Positions 15,618 through 23,747 of a stretch of DNA of 64,000 bases are shown piece after piece; positions within the stretch are counted from its first letter, which is position 1, and each line of letters begins with the position of its first letter. Source of the stretch: Anaerolineales bacterium (GTDB lineage: Bacteria > Chloroflexota > Anaerolineae > Anaerolineales > UBA11579). The DNA lies in NCBI GenBank assembly GCA_019637675.1, contig JAHBVE010000003.1, positions 79,696 through 143,695 of the forward strand. Direction: 5' to 3'. The notes under the pieces were generated by a model, which searched no databases, had not been told where the DNA came from, and saw nothing but the letters and a program-made list of their open reading frames with translations. Made by a program: the position numbers and the translations under genes.

Positions 15618-15896
15618 ATGCCGTTAGCAAAAGACAAGAAAGACCAGATCATTGGCGATTATCGCCGCGCCGAGGGCGACACCGGCTCCACTGAAGTACA
15701 GATCGCCCTCCTCACCAGCCGCATTGAGCAGCTCACCGCCCACGGGCAAACCCACAAGAAAGACGTGGCTTCCCGCCGTGGCCTGGTCAAGCTGGTCGGC
15801 CAACGCCGCCGCTTGCTCAACTACCTGCGCAACCGGGACTACGATGCCTACGTTGCGCTGGCGGATCGGCTCAGCATCCGCCGCAAGACCAAGTAG
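15618..15896 (+). CDS. rpsO: 30S ribosomal protein S15
   Basis: GDTGSTEVQIALLTSRIEQLTAH...HKKDVASRRGL..LVGQRRRLLNYL, with RBS AAGGAGA. Confidence 0.95.
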   Translation: MPLAKDKKDQIIGDYRRAEGDTGSTEVQIALLTSRIEQLTAHGQTHKKDVASRRGLVKLVGQRRRLLNYLRNRDYDAYVALADRLSIRRKTK

Positions 15897-15903
15897 CAAA
15901 CAC

Positions 15904-15940
15904 AAATAGTGGATATGCGCAGCATATCCACTATTTTGTT
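15904..15940 (+). terminator. Rho-independent terminator or attenuator between rpsO and pnp
   Basis: 15-bp stem aaatagtggatatgc / gcatatccactattt followed by ttgtt. Confidence 0.75.
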
Positions 15941-16038
15941 ATTTAGCCCGCCGACCACGGGGCAGGTGGGCGCATTTGCAGATACACTTAAGCCCCAAAC
16001 AACTAGTCACCCGCCCGTTAGGGGCATTGGTACTTGCT

Positions 16039-16062
16039 GGCAATTGTTCAACAACAATTGCC
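16039..16062 (+). promoter_or_regulatory. Stable hairpin in the pnp leader, a candidate processing or autoregulation site
   Basis: ggcaattgtt-caac-aacaattgcc is a perfect 10-bp stem about 95 nt upstream of the pnp start. Confidence 0.4.
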
Positions 16063-16155
16063 GGCAACTGCCAGTTCCTCAACAGGCGGGCCAGGTGCAT
16101 ATCGCCGTTCCCGCGCCCGCGCGGCCTATAGGTGAATTGCGCCTATAGGAGAGAA

Positions 16156-18396
16156 ATGAAACCAGAAGTACACAGCTACACCGCCACCGTTGGCAACCAA
16201 AGCATCACCCTGGAGACCGGCAAGCTGGCCCGTCTGGCCGGCGGCGCCGTCACCGCCCGCATCGGCGAATCGCTCATCCTGGCTACCGCCACCATGAGCG
16301 CCAACCCCCGCACTGGCATTGACTTCTTCCCGCTCAGCGTGGATTTCGAAGAGCGCATGTACGCCGGCGGCCGCATCCCCGGCTCCTTCTTCCGCCGGGA
16401 GGGCCGCCCCACCGAGGTCGCCATCCTGACCTCGCGCCTCACCGACCGCCCGCTGCGCCCGCTGTTCCCCAAAGACCTGCGCAATGACGTCCAGGTCATC
16501 ATGACCGCCCTGTCGGCCGACACCGAGAACGTCCTGGACGTGATCGCCGTCAACGCCGCCTCGGCCGCCATCATGATCTCAGACATCCCCTGGAACGGCC
16601 CGGTCGGCGCGGTACGCGTCGGCCGCATCAACGGCGAGTTCGTCGTCAACCCCACCTACAGCCAGCTGCCCGAGTCTGATCTCGACCTGCGCATCGCCGG
16701 CACGCGTGAAGCCATCCTCATGGTGGAATGCGGCGCCAACGAGGTGGACGAAGACGCCATGGCCGCCGCCCTCGTGCTCGGCCACCAGGCCCTTCAGCCG
16801 CTGATCGACATCCAGTTGGAGATGGCCGCCGCGGTGGGCAAACCCAAGCGCGACTACCAGAAGTTCAGCATCGACGAAGACCTCAAGAAGAAAGTGCTGG
16901 CCCGCGCCGAAAGCGAGCTGGAGAACATCCTCGAGAACACCGAGGGCAAGGCCGCCCAGTACGAGGCCATTGACCAGCTGCGCGACACCATCGTGGCGGA
17001 GCTTGGCGGCGACGACGCCGTCCTGGCCGGCCAGATCAAGGAAGCCTACACCTCGGCCGAGAAAGCCGTTGTGCGCCGCCGCATCATCAACGACGGCAAG
17101 CGTCCGGACGGCCGCAAGCCCACCGAGATCCGCCCCATCTGGGCCGAGGTAGACCTCAGCCCCCGCGCCCACGGCTCCGGCCTGTTCACCCGTGGCGAGA
17201 CCCAGGTGCTCACCCTGACCACCCTGGGCACGCCTAAGGAAGCCCAAGAGCTGGACAACCTGACCCCCATCAGCTCGAAGCGCTACATGCACCACTACAA
17301 CTTCCCGCCGTACTCCACCGGTGAGGCCCGCCCGCTGCGCGGCTCCTCCCGCCGTGAGATCGGCCACGGCGCCCTCGCCGAGCGCGCCTTGCTGGCCGTC
17401 ATTCCTGACGAGAAAGATTTCCCCTACACCCTGCGCCTGGTCTCCGAGTGCTTGTCCTCCAACGGCAGCACCTCCATGGGCTCCGTGTGCGGCAGCACCC
17501 TGGCGCTCATGGATGCGGGTGTGCCCATCAAGGCCCCCGTTTCCGGTATCGCCATGGGCCTCATCACCGATGGCAGCAAGTACCAGATCCTGAGCGATAT
17601 TCAGGGCATCGAAGACCACCTGGGCGATATGGACTTCAAGGTCGCCGGCACCGACAAGGGCATCACCGCCCTGCAGATGGATATCAAGATCTCCGGCCTG
17701 AACCCGCAAATGATGGCCGAAGCCCTGGCGCAGGCCAAGGAAGGCCGCAAGCACATCCTCAACAAGATGCTGGAGGCCCTGGCCGCCCCGCGTGCTGACC
17801 TGAAGGATCATGCCCCGCGTATCACCACCATCCAGGTCCCGGTCGAGAAGATCGGCGCGGTCATCGGCCCAGGCGGCAAGACCATCCGCGCCATTCAGGA
17901 GGAAAGCGGCGCCAAGATCGACATCGCTGACGATGGCACCGTGTTCATCGCCTCAGACGATGGCGAGAAGGCCCGCATCGCCCGTGAGCGCATCGAAGCC
18001 CTCACCGAGACCGCCGAGATCGGCAAGATCTACACCGGCAAGGTCGTCCGCACCACTGACTTCGGCGCCTTTGTCGAGATCCTGCCCAACATTGACGGCA
18101 TGGTCCACATCTCGCAGCTCGACAGCAATCACGTCGAGAGCGTCGAGAGCGTCGTGCAGGTCGGCGATGAGGTCTCCGTCATGGTGACCGACGTTGACCC
18201 CAGCGGCAAGATCCGCCTCAGCCGCCAGGCCGTGCTCGAAGGCTGGACTGCCGAAGAGGCCCGCGAGCGTGACAAGGGCGGCGCCAGCCGCCCCCGCAAC
18301 GGCGGCGGCGGTGACCGCGGCCGGGGTGGCCGCGATGGCGGCCGCGGCCGAGACGGTGGCCGTGACCGTGGCGGTTTCCGCGGCGGCCGCCGCTAA
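16156..18396 (+). CDS. pnp: Polyribonucleotide nucleotidyltransferase (PNPase) with a C-terminal Arg/Gly-rich tail
   Basis: Two RNase PH domains, KH and S1 (GKIYTGKVVRTTDFGAFVEI). Start ATG at 16156 after AGGAGA. Tail GGASRPRNGGGGDRGRGGRDGGRGRDGGRDRGGFRGGRR. Confidence 0.95.
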   Translation: MKPEVHSYTATVGNQSITLETGKLARLAGGAVTARIGESLILATATMSANPRTGIDFFPLSVDFEERMYAGGRIPGSFFRREGRPTEVAILTSRLTDRPLRPLFPKDLRNDVQVIMTALSADTENVLDVIAVNAASAAIMISDIPWNGPVGAVRVGRINGEFVVNPTYSQLPESDLDLRIAGTREAILMVECGANEVDEDAMAAALVLGHQALQPLIDIQLEMAAAVGKPKRDYQKFSIDEDLKKKVLARAESELENILENTEGKAAQYEAIDQLRDTIVAELGGDDAVLAGQIKEAYTSAEKAVVRRRIINDGKRPDGRKPTEIRPIWAEVDLSPRAHGSGLFTRGETQVLTLTTLGTPKEAQELDNLTPISSKRYMHHYNFPPYSTGEARPLRGSSRREIGHGALAERALLAVIPDEKDFPYTLRLVSECLSSNGSTSMGSVCGSTLALMDAGVPIKAPVSGIAMGLITDGSKYQILSDIQGIEDHLGDMDFKVAGTDKGITALQMDIKISGLNPQMMAEALAQAKEGRKHILNKMLEALAAPRADLKDHAPRITTIQVPVEKIGAVIGPGGKTIRAIQEESGAKIDIADDGTVFIASDDGEKARIARERIEALTETAEIGKIYTGKVVRTTDFGAFVEILPNIDGMVHISQLDSNHVESVESVVQVGDEVSVMVTDVDPSGKIRLSRQAVLEGWTAEEARERDKGGASRPRNGGGGDRGRGGRDGGRGRDGGRDRGGFRGGRR

Positions 18397-18425
18397 CCGC
18401 AGTCGCACTGCATCCAAGAATCAAA

Positions 18426-18456
18426 CAGCCCCGCCAGAATGGCGGGGCTGTTTTTT
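18426..18456 (+). terminator. Rho-independent terminator after pnp
   Basis: cagccccgcc-agaat-ggcggggctg followed by tttttt. Confidence 0.85.
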
Positions 18457-18510
18457 ATCTATGCATCCCAAGCGCAGCGAGGGATCCTCGCTGCCTATTT
18501 ATCCCATAAT

Positions 18511-19227
18511 CTATTTTATCTTTGTAAGCAGCTTCTTCTTTTGGTCTTCAAAATCATCGCTTGAAATAGCGCCAGAATCTCGCAACTTTGCCAACTTTTC
18601 TAACATAACAATGATTTCGTCATTTGTAGTGCTAGCGGTTTTACCAAAGCGACCATTGCGTCCCATAGAGATTGCAGTTTGAATAATTTCAAGGTCGCCA
18701 GAAAAGTGCTGAGTAATCTTCCAATCTCCCACAGCAGTCGCAATAAGTAAAACCCTGTCATCAACAGCTCGAATACCAGTGATTTCACTATAGCCAATCC
18801 GCCAAGTCTTATCCCCTTTGTAAGGCTTCCTGGCATCACGTTCACCACTCATTCCGCTCAGAACCTGATATGCAAGTCCGGTCGGTATTGGCGAATAGTT
18901 CTTCGATAAGTCATTAAAAACAGAAATGTAGAGCGCATCAGATGATGCAGCCAAGTAACCAGAGCCGTGAGAGCCATTTAACACCCGAGAAGATCTTCTT
19001 GAATAAGTCCTAAGCTGAGAAACTTCATCCCAGATAAATCCGGCAGGCCAATATTCAACAAACTCTTCACTGTTATCTTCTAAAAGAGGAAGTAGGTCCT
19101 TCTCGTAATGTTCTTGTATCTGTCCATACCAATCTTGCTTGGTACCTTCTGTATTAGAAACTTGCTCTTTAAGAAACTCTTTGTAATGGGCTAATAAATC
19201 GAGCAGCTTCCGCTCAAGATTTTTCAT
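18511..19227 (-). CDS. Hypothetical protein with a C-terminal SHOCT-like domain, in an AT-rich islet
   Basis: The C-terminus IVMLEKLAKLRDSGAISSDDFEDQKKKLLTKI fits SHOCT. A central beta-rich region may be PH-like. It has its own TAGAAT and GGAGGGA signals upstream, and its composition is clearly more AT-rich than the flanks. Confidence 0.7.
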   Translation of the reverse strand: MKNLERKLLDLLAHYKEFLKEQVSNTEGTKQDWYGQIQEHYEKDLLPLLEDNSEEFVEYWPAGFIWDEVSQLRTYSRRSSRVLNGSHGSGYLAASSDALYISVFNDLSKNYSPIPTGLAYQVLSGMSGERDARKPYKGDKTWRIGYSEITGIRAVDDRVLLIATAVGDWKITQHFSGDLEIIQTAISMGRNGRFGKTASTTNDEIIVMLEKLAKLRDSGAISSDDFEDQKKKLLTKIK

Positions 19228-19500
19228 ATAAACTCCCTCCGGCTATTTCTGAAATTCTAACAGTGTCTTCTCACGTCCTTCATAAACAATTACGCCCCAT
19301 GTATCTTGTCCTCATCCTTCTCCTCGTGTCCAGCGCCTTGATTTCGTCGCCACTTCCCAGCCATTCGCAGGATCGTGTGGCACTATCCTGCCACACGCGC
19401 ACGGGCCGCCCGCATGCGCCGCCAGTACAGCCTGCTACCTGCAGAATGCCGGCTGCTGAGCACAAAGGAGAACACAGTAGAAGGAAAAATTTGCCTGGCT

Positions 19501-19532
19501 GGCAAGCCAGCTGAGCGCTCAGCTGGCTTGCC
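19501..19532. repeat. 32-nt perfect palindrome
   Basis: ggcaagccagctgagc|gctcagctggcttgcc, in the non-coding gap between the SHOCT gene and murE. Confidence 0.9.
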
Positions 19533-19713
19533 GGGCTTCAAGCTCCATAGTGTCACCCTGAGCGTAGCGAAGGGCATTTTTCTGGCTTATGGAAACAAGA
19601 GTTTGGCTGAAACAATAGGGGTTTAAAAAATGCTAACAATCTGTCAAGTTGTATCGGAGGCCCCCACGCACCCATCACAACAACTACACGCAGGCGCGGC
19701 CGTCGCCACCCGC

Positions 19714-21249
19714 CTACCGTGCCGTCGGCAGGCTAGGCATCTCCGGCCCCGGCACGCCCAGCAGCTCCGCCAGCGCCGCCCGCGTCGCCACCCGATCGTC
19801 CCACGGGTACTCGGTCTCGCCGAAGCACATCGACTGCTCGTGCCCCTTGCCGAGCACGATCACCACATCGCCCGGCTGCGCCTGCAGCAAGGCGAACGAG
19901 ATCGCTGCCCCGCGGTCAGGCACGCGGAAGAAGCTGCGGCCCTCCACGCCGCCGCGGCTCTCGGCCGCGTGCGCCATCTCGGCCAGAATATCGTCCAGGC
20001 TCTCGGTGCGCGGGTCCTCCGCCGTCAGCACGCTGATGTCCGCCAGCTCGGCCGCGTGTTCCGGCATCATGCGCCGCTTGGCCTTGTCGCGCAACCCGGC
20101 CGATCCGAACACGGTGATCACGCGGCCCTGGGTGAATTGCCGCGCCGACTCGAGCGCCACTTTGAGCGCATTCGGCGTATGCGCAAAATCCACAATGGCC
20201 GTGAAGTCCTGGCCCATCTCGATCCGCTCCATGCGCCCGGGCACGCCTTCCAGCGCGGCGATGCCGGCCTGGGCTGCCTCCACCGGCAGGCCCAGGCCCA
20301 CCACCGTGGCGCCGATCGCCGCCAGCGAGTTGGATACGTTGTACGCGCCGAACATCTTGGTCTCCACCGGGAAGCTGAAGCCCGGCCCGTGCGCCACAAA
20401 GCTCAGCCTGCCGGGCTCGTTGCGAATGTCCGAAGCGCGCAGGTCAGCTTCGGGATGCAGCCCATACGAGATCTGCCTGGCCTTCGTACGCTTGGCCAGC
20501 CCCTCGTACGACTTGTCGTCTCGGTTCAACACCGCCAGACGCTCCACGGCCCGCGTCTTCTCGAACGGCTGGTCCAGCCCTTCGAACAGCAGGGCCTTGG
20601 CGTCAAAGTAGGCTTCATAGGTCCCGTGGTCGTTCAAATGCTCATGGGTGATGTTGGTGACGATGGCAATATCAAACTCACGCGGCCGCGCCCCGCGCTG
20701 CTGCACCAGCCCGATCGAGGTCATTTCCAGGATCGCATGCGTCAGCCCGCTATCCACCATCTGGCGCAAATAGCGCTGCGTGTCGAACGCTTCCGGCGTC
20801 GTAACGTGGAAGCCGGTATCCAGCACTTCTTCGCCAATCTGGGCGTTCACCGTGCTCACCATGCCGGTGTTCAGCCCGGCCGCCCGCAGGATCTGGTACA
20901 GAAAGTTAGACGTAGTGGTCTTGCCGTCCGTGCCGGTGATGCCCAACAGGGTCAGCTCGCGCCCCGGGTAGCCGTAAAAAGCGGCCGCCGCCTCGGCCAG
21001 CGCCGCCCGCGCATCCGGCACCGTGATATGCGGCAGAGGCGATTGCGCATCCTTGCGCTCGCCCACCACTGCTACCGCGCCCCGCGCCGCCACTTCGTCC
21101 AAATACTGATAGCGATCCACGCCGCGCACGATCGCGAAGAACAGGTCGCCGGGTTTCACCAGGCGCGAGTCGAGCGCAAGGCCGGTCACGTCCACATCCG
21201 GCACGGCCGTTTGCAGGTCAAGCGTGCGCAGCAAGTCAGCTAATTTCAT
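19714..21249 (-). CDS. murE: UDP-N-acetylmuramoyl-L-alanyl-D-glutamate--2,6-diaminopimelate ligase
   Basis: ITGTDGKTTT P-loop, Mur ligase middle and C-terminal domains, 511 aa. Confidence 0.9.
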   Translation of the reverse strand: MKLADLLRTLDLQTAVPDVDVTGLALDSRLVKPGDLFFAIVRGVDRYQYLDEVAARGAVAVVGERKDAQSPLPHITVPDARAALAEAAAAFYGYPGRELTLLGITGTDGKTTTSNFLYQILRAAGLNTGMVSTVNAQIGEEVLDTGFHVTTPEAFDTQRYLRQMVDSGLTHAILEMTSIGLVQQRGARPREFDIAIVTNITHEHLNDHGTYEAYFDAKALLFEGLDQPFEKTRAVERLAVLNRDDKSYEGLAKRTKARQISYGLHPEADLRASDIRNEPGRLSFVAHGPGFSFPVETKMFGAYNVSNSLAAIGATVVGLGLPVEAAQAGIAALEGVPGRMERIEMGQDFTAIVDFAHTPNALKVALESARQFTQGRVITVFGSAGLRDKAKRRMMPEHAAELADISVLTAEDPRTESLDDILAEMAHAAESRGGVEGRSFFRVPDRGAAISFALLQAQPGDVVIVLGKGHEQSMCFGETEYPWDDRVATRAALAELLGVPGPEMPSLPTAR

Positions 21250-21265
21250 GGCGGCTCATTGTATT

Positions 21266-21298
21266 GCAAAAAGAGACGCCCGTTTCCGGGCGTCTCTT
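21266..21298 (-). terminator. Rho-independent terminator after atpF (b/delta)
   Basis: Minus strand reads aagagacgcccg-gaaa-cgggcgtctctt followed by tttt. Confidence 0.8.
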
Positions 21299-21352
21299 GA
21301 TCGCAAGTCAACAGGAGAAGGCGGAGCCTCTCCCAGCTGCGCAGTTGCGCAG

Positions 21353-22090
21353 TTAGCGAATGCTCTGGCGCAGGGCGCCCAGCTGGCCGGATACAGAACC
21401 ATCCAGCACCTTGTCGCCCACACGCACCACCAGGCCGCCCAGGATGTTGGGGTCAACCTTGAAGGTGACCTCACCCTTGCCGCCCAGCGTCTTCAGCACC
21501 TGCTCCTGCACGGAGGATTGCTCCGTCGCGCTCAGCGGCAGGGCGCTGGTCACCACGGCGCTGCTGCCGGCCGCGTCCGCGCCTTCCAGCACGGTCACCT
21601 TGCCGGACTTCACGCCGGAGAAGAACTCGTCGATCAAGGCCTGTTGCTTCTTGGCGTCCAACGCCTCGCCGATCAGCTTCTGGGCCGCGGCAACCGCCAG
21701 CGCACCCACCTGGCCGCGCACCTCGCCCAGCACACGCACGCGCTCCTGGTCCACTTCGGCCAGAGCAGTTTCGCGCGCCTTGCCAGCCTTGGCTTCGGCG
21801 TCCTTGATGATCTCTTTGGCCTGCGCCTCGGCACGAGCGGTCAGCTCGCGCGCCTCGGTCGCAGCCTGTGCACGGGCTTCGCTCAGCAGTTTCTCGGCTT
21901 CCTTCTCGGCATTCTCGCGGGCTTCAGCAGCAATGCTGGCGTCCTCGAGGCCTTTGCTGATCGTCTCACGGCGTTTCTCAAGCATGTTCACGATCGGGGT
22001 GAACACAAACTTGCGCAGCAAGATCAACAACAACAGGAAGTTGAAGATCTGAACGAGCAGAAAACCCAGGTTAATACCTAAAGCTTCCAA
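21353..22090 (-). CDS. atpF: F-type ATP synthase subunit b fused to a delta (OSCP) C-terminal-like segment
   Basis: N-terminal TM plus a long Ala/Glu/Lys coiled coil (b). The C-terminus KVDPNILGGLVVRVGDKVLDGSVSGQLGALRQSI resembles the delta C-terminus. Confidence 0.8.
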   Translation of the reverse strand: MEALGINLGFLLVQIFNFLLLLILLRKFVFTPIVNMLEKRRETISKGLEDASIAAEARENAEKEAEKLLSEARAQAATEARELTARAEAQAKEIIKDAEAKAGKARETALAEVDQERVRVLGEVRGQVGALAVAAAQKLIGEALDAKKQQALIDEFFSGVKSGKVTVLEGADAAGSSAVVTSALPLSATEQSSVQEQVLKTLGGKGEVTFKVDPNILGGLVVRVGDKVLDGSVSGQLGALRQSIR

Positions 22091-22131
22091 TGTCGGGTCT
22101 CCTTTCTATCGTGTCCTATCAGTGTCTGTTC

Positions 22132-22356
22132 TTAGATGAACAGAATGAGCATCGCTACCACCAGACAATAAATGGCGATAGCTTCAGTGAACACGATACC
22201 CAGGATCATGCTGGTCTGGATAGTGCCTGCAGCATCCGGGTTGCGGGCGATACCCTGCACGCCACCCAGGGCGGCAAGGCCTACACCCAGACCGGCGCCC
22301 ATAGCACCGATCATCGCGATCCCAGCACCAATCATTTTTGCGGCTTCAGCTTCCAT
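22132..22356 (-). CDS. atpE: F-type ATP synthase subunit c
   Basis: Two-helix hairpin with the GIARNP loop and the carboxylate in FTEAIAIY. Confidence 0.95.
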   Translation of the reverse strand: MEAEAAKMIGAGIAMIGAMGAGLGVGLAALGGVQGIARNPDAAGTIQTSMILGIVFTEAIAIYCLVVAMLILFI

Positions 22357-22392
22357 GTTTCCTCAACCTCCATCAAAAGATGAGTCAGATTT

Positions 22393-23439
22393 TTAGTGGT
22401 GTTCTGCGTCGCCGTGATGCGACTGTGTTGCCTGGGCCATGAAGATCATGGTGAGCATGCCGAACACCAGAGCCTGGATCAGGCCCACGGCAAACTCCAG
22501 CATCAACACGCCGGTTTGGGCAGCCACAGGAATAAGCGTACCGATCACCAGCAGCAAGATCATGCCCGCAAAAATGTTACCGAAGAGACGGAACGAGAAC
22601 GAGATGATCTTGGAAAACTCAGAGACGATTTCGAAGATACCTACAATGAAATCGATCTTGCCCATGCCCGGCTTACCCAGGGCACGGATGTTGATGAACT
22701 TCTCAAAGTAGCTCAGACCCTGGGCGCGCACGCCAATGATCTGAATGGCCATGAAGGATACAAAGGCCAGGCCCAGCGTGAAGTTCAGGTCGGTCGCAGC
22801 GGCACGCACGAACGGAGCGATCGCCGCGGCACAATCCGGCTGACCGCCGATCGACACCACTTCGGTGCTGCCGATCGTGAACAGCGGGTCAATGTCACAG
22901 TCAGTTTCTACGTGCAGGTCCGGGTTCACATGGTGAGCGTGATCCAGGCTGACCGCATTGATAACGCCAATGCTGTCAACACCCGGGATCAACTCCATCC
23001 AGTTGACCGTCAGCACCAGAAAGGTGATCGTGGCAAAGATCGGCACGATCGTCTTGGTCCACTTGCCGGCCGTGCTGGAGGTCAGGTTGTAGATCACCTC
23101 CACCAAGGCTTCAACCACACCCACAATTCCCTTGAACACCTGCTTGCCGGATTTCAGCGCCGGGCGGATGACCAACAGCGCCAGGCCGATGAGAATCACA
23201 TCGGCGATCAGCACGGCCACCATGGTGTTGGTGAGGAAGAACTTCTCACCCGTCAGGGGGAAGTAAAACAGTGTGTCAGTGAGATGCTCCGCCGGAAGCG
23301 AAATGTACGGGCGCAACGGCGGATAGATCCCAGCCGCAATGACGCCAGCGACAATAATCGCCAGAGCGATCCAGCGATTTACACCGTACTTCCACTTGCG
23401 GGTAGCTTCTTGTTTAGCCACTAGCCGCGTCCTCCTCAT
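22393..23439 (-). CDS. atpB: F-type ATP synthase subunit a, unusually long
   Basis: SFSFRLFGNIFAG carries the conserved Arg. The more likely start is the GTG at 23421, 9 nt after GAGGAGG and overlapping the atpZ stop. Confidence 0.9.
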   Translation of the reverse strand: MRRTRLVAKQEATRKWKYGVNRWIALAIIVAGVIAAGIYPPLRPYISLPAEHLTDTLFYFPLTGEKFFLTNTMVAVLIADVILIGLALLVIRPALKSGKQVFKGIVGVVEALVEVIYNLTSSTAGKWTKTIVPIFATITFLVLTVNWMELIPGVDSIGVINAVSLDHAHHVNPDLHVETDCDIDPLFTIGSTEVVSIGGQPDCAAAIAPFVRAAATDLNFTLGLAFVSFMAIQIIGVRAQGLSYFEKFINIRALGKPGMGKIDFIVGIFEIVSEFSKIISFSFRLFGNIFAGMILLLVIGTLIPVAAQTGVLMLEFAVGLIQALVFGMLTMIFMAQATQSHHGDAEHH

Positions 23440-23704
23440 CTTTCGGTGAATTCACCGGCTTAATGCGAGAGGTTGCGAAGTTCACAACCCATAGCATAGC
23501 CAGCAATGTTACAGGCACACTCGCGCAGAGAAGACCGATCTTCCACACGTTGTTCTCAGTTGCAAAGTAGTTGTCGAGCCAAAAACCGGCGAACAAGGCT
23601 ACAAAAAGAATGGCAACTGTGATGAAACCAGCCAGAGAAGCCGCGCCTACCAATGCCATATTGGCAGCATAACGACGCGGGTTCTTCTTCGGTGGGCTGC
23701 CCAT
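23414..23704 (-). CDS. AtpZ/AtpI-like small membrane protein
   Basis: 96 aa with two hydrophobic helices, immediately upstream of atpB. Confidence 0.65.
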   Translation of the reverse strand: MGSPPKKNPRRYAANMALVGAASLAGFITVAILFVALFAGFWLDNYFATENNVWKIGLLCASVPVTLLAMLWVVNFATSRIKPVNSPKDEEDAASG

Positions 23705-23747
23705 CGTTAGAGAATTATATCACAATCCAAAGGGCTGTCAAACAAGC

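Noticed and set aside
18460-19640. The AT-rich islet as a prophage remnant or integrative element.
   Set aside because: It has no integrase, recombinase, tRNA target or phage-like genes, and only one convincing ORF. I report it only as a compositional islet.
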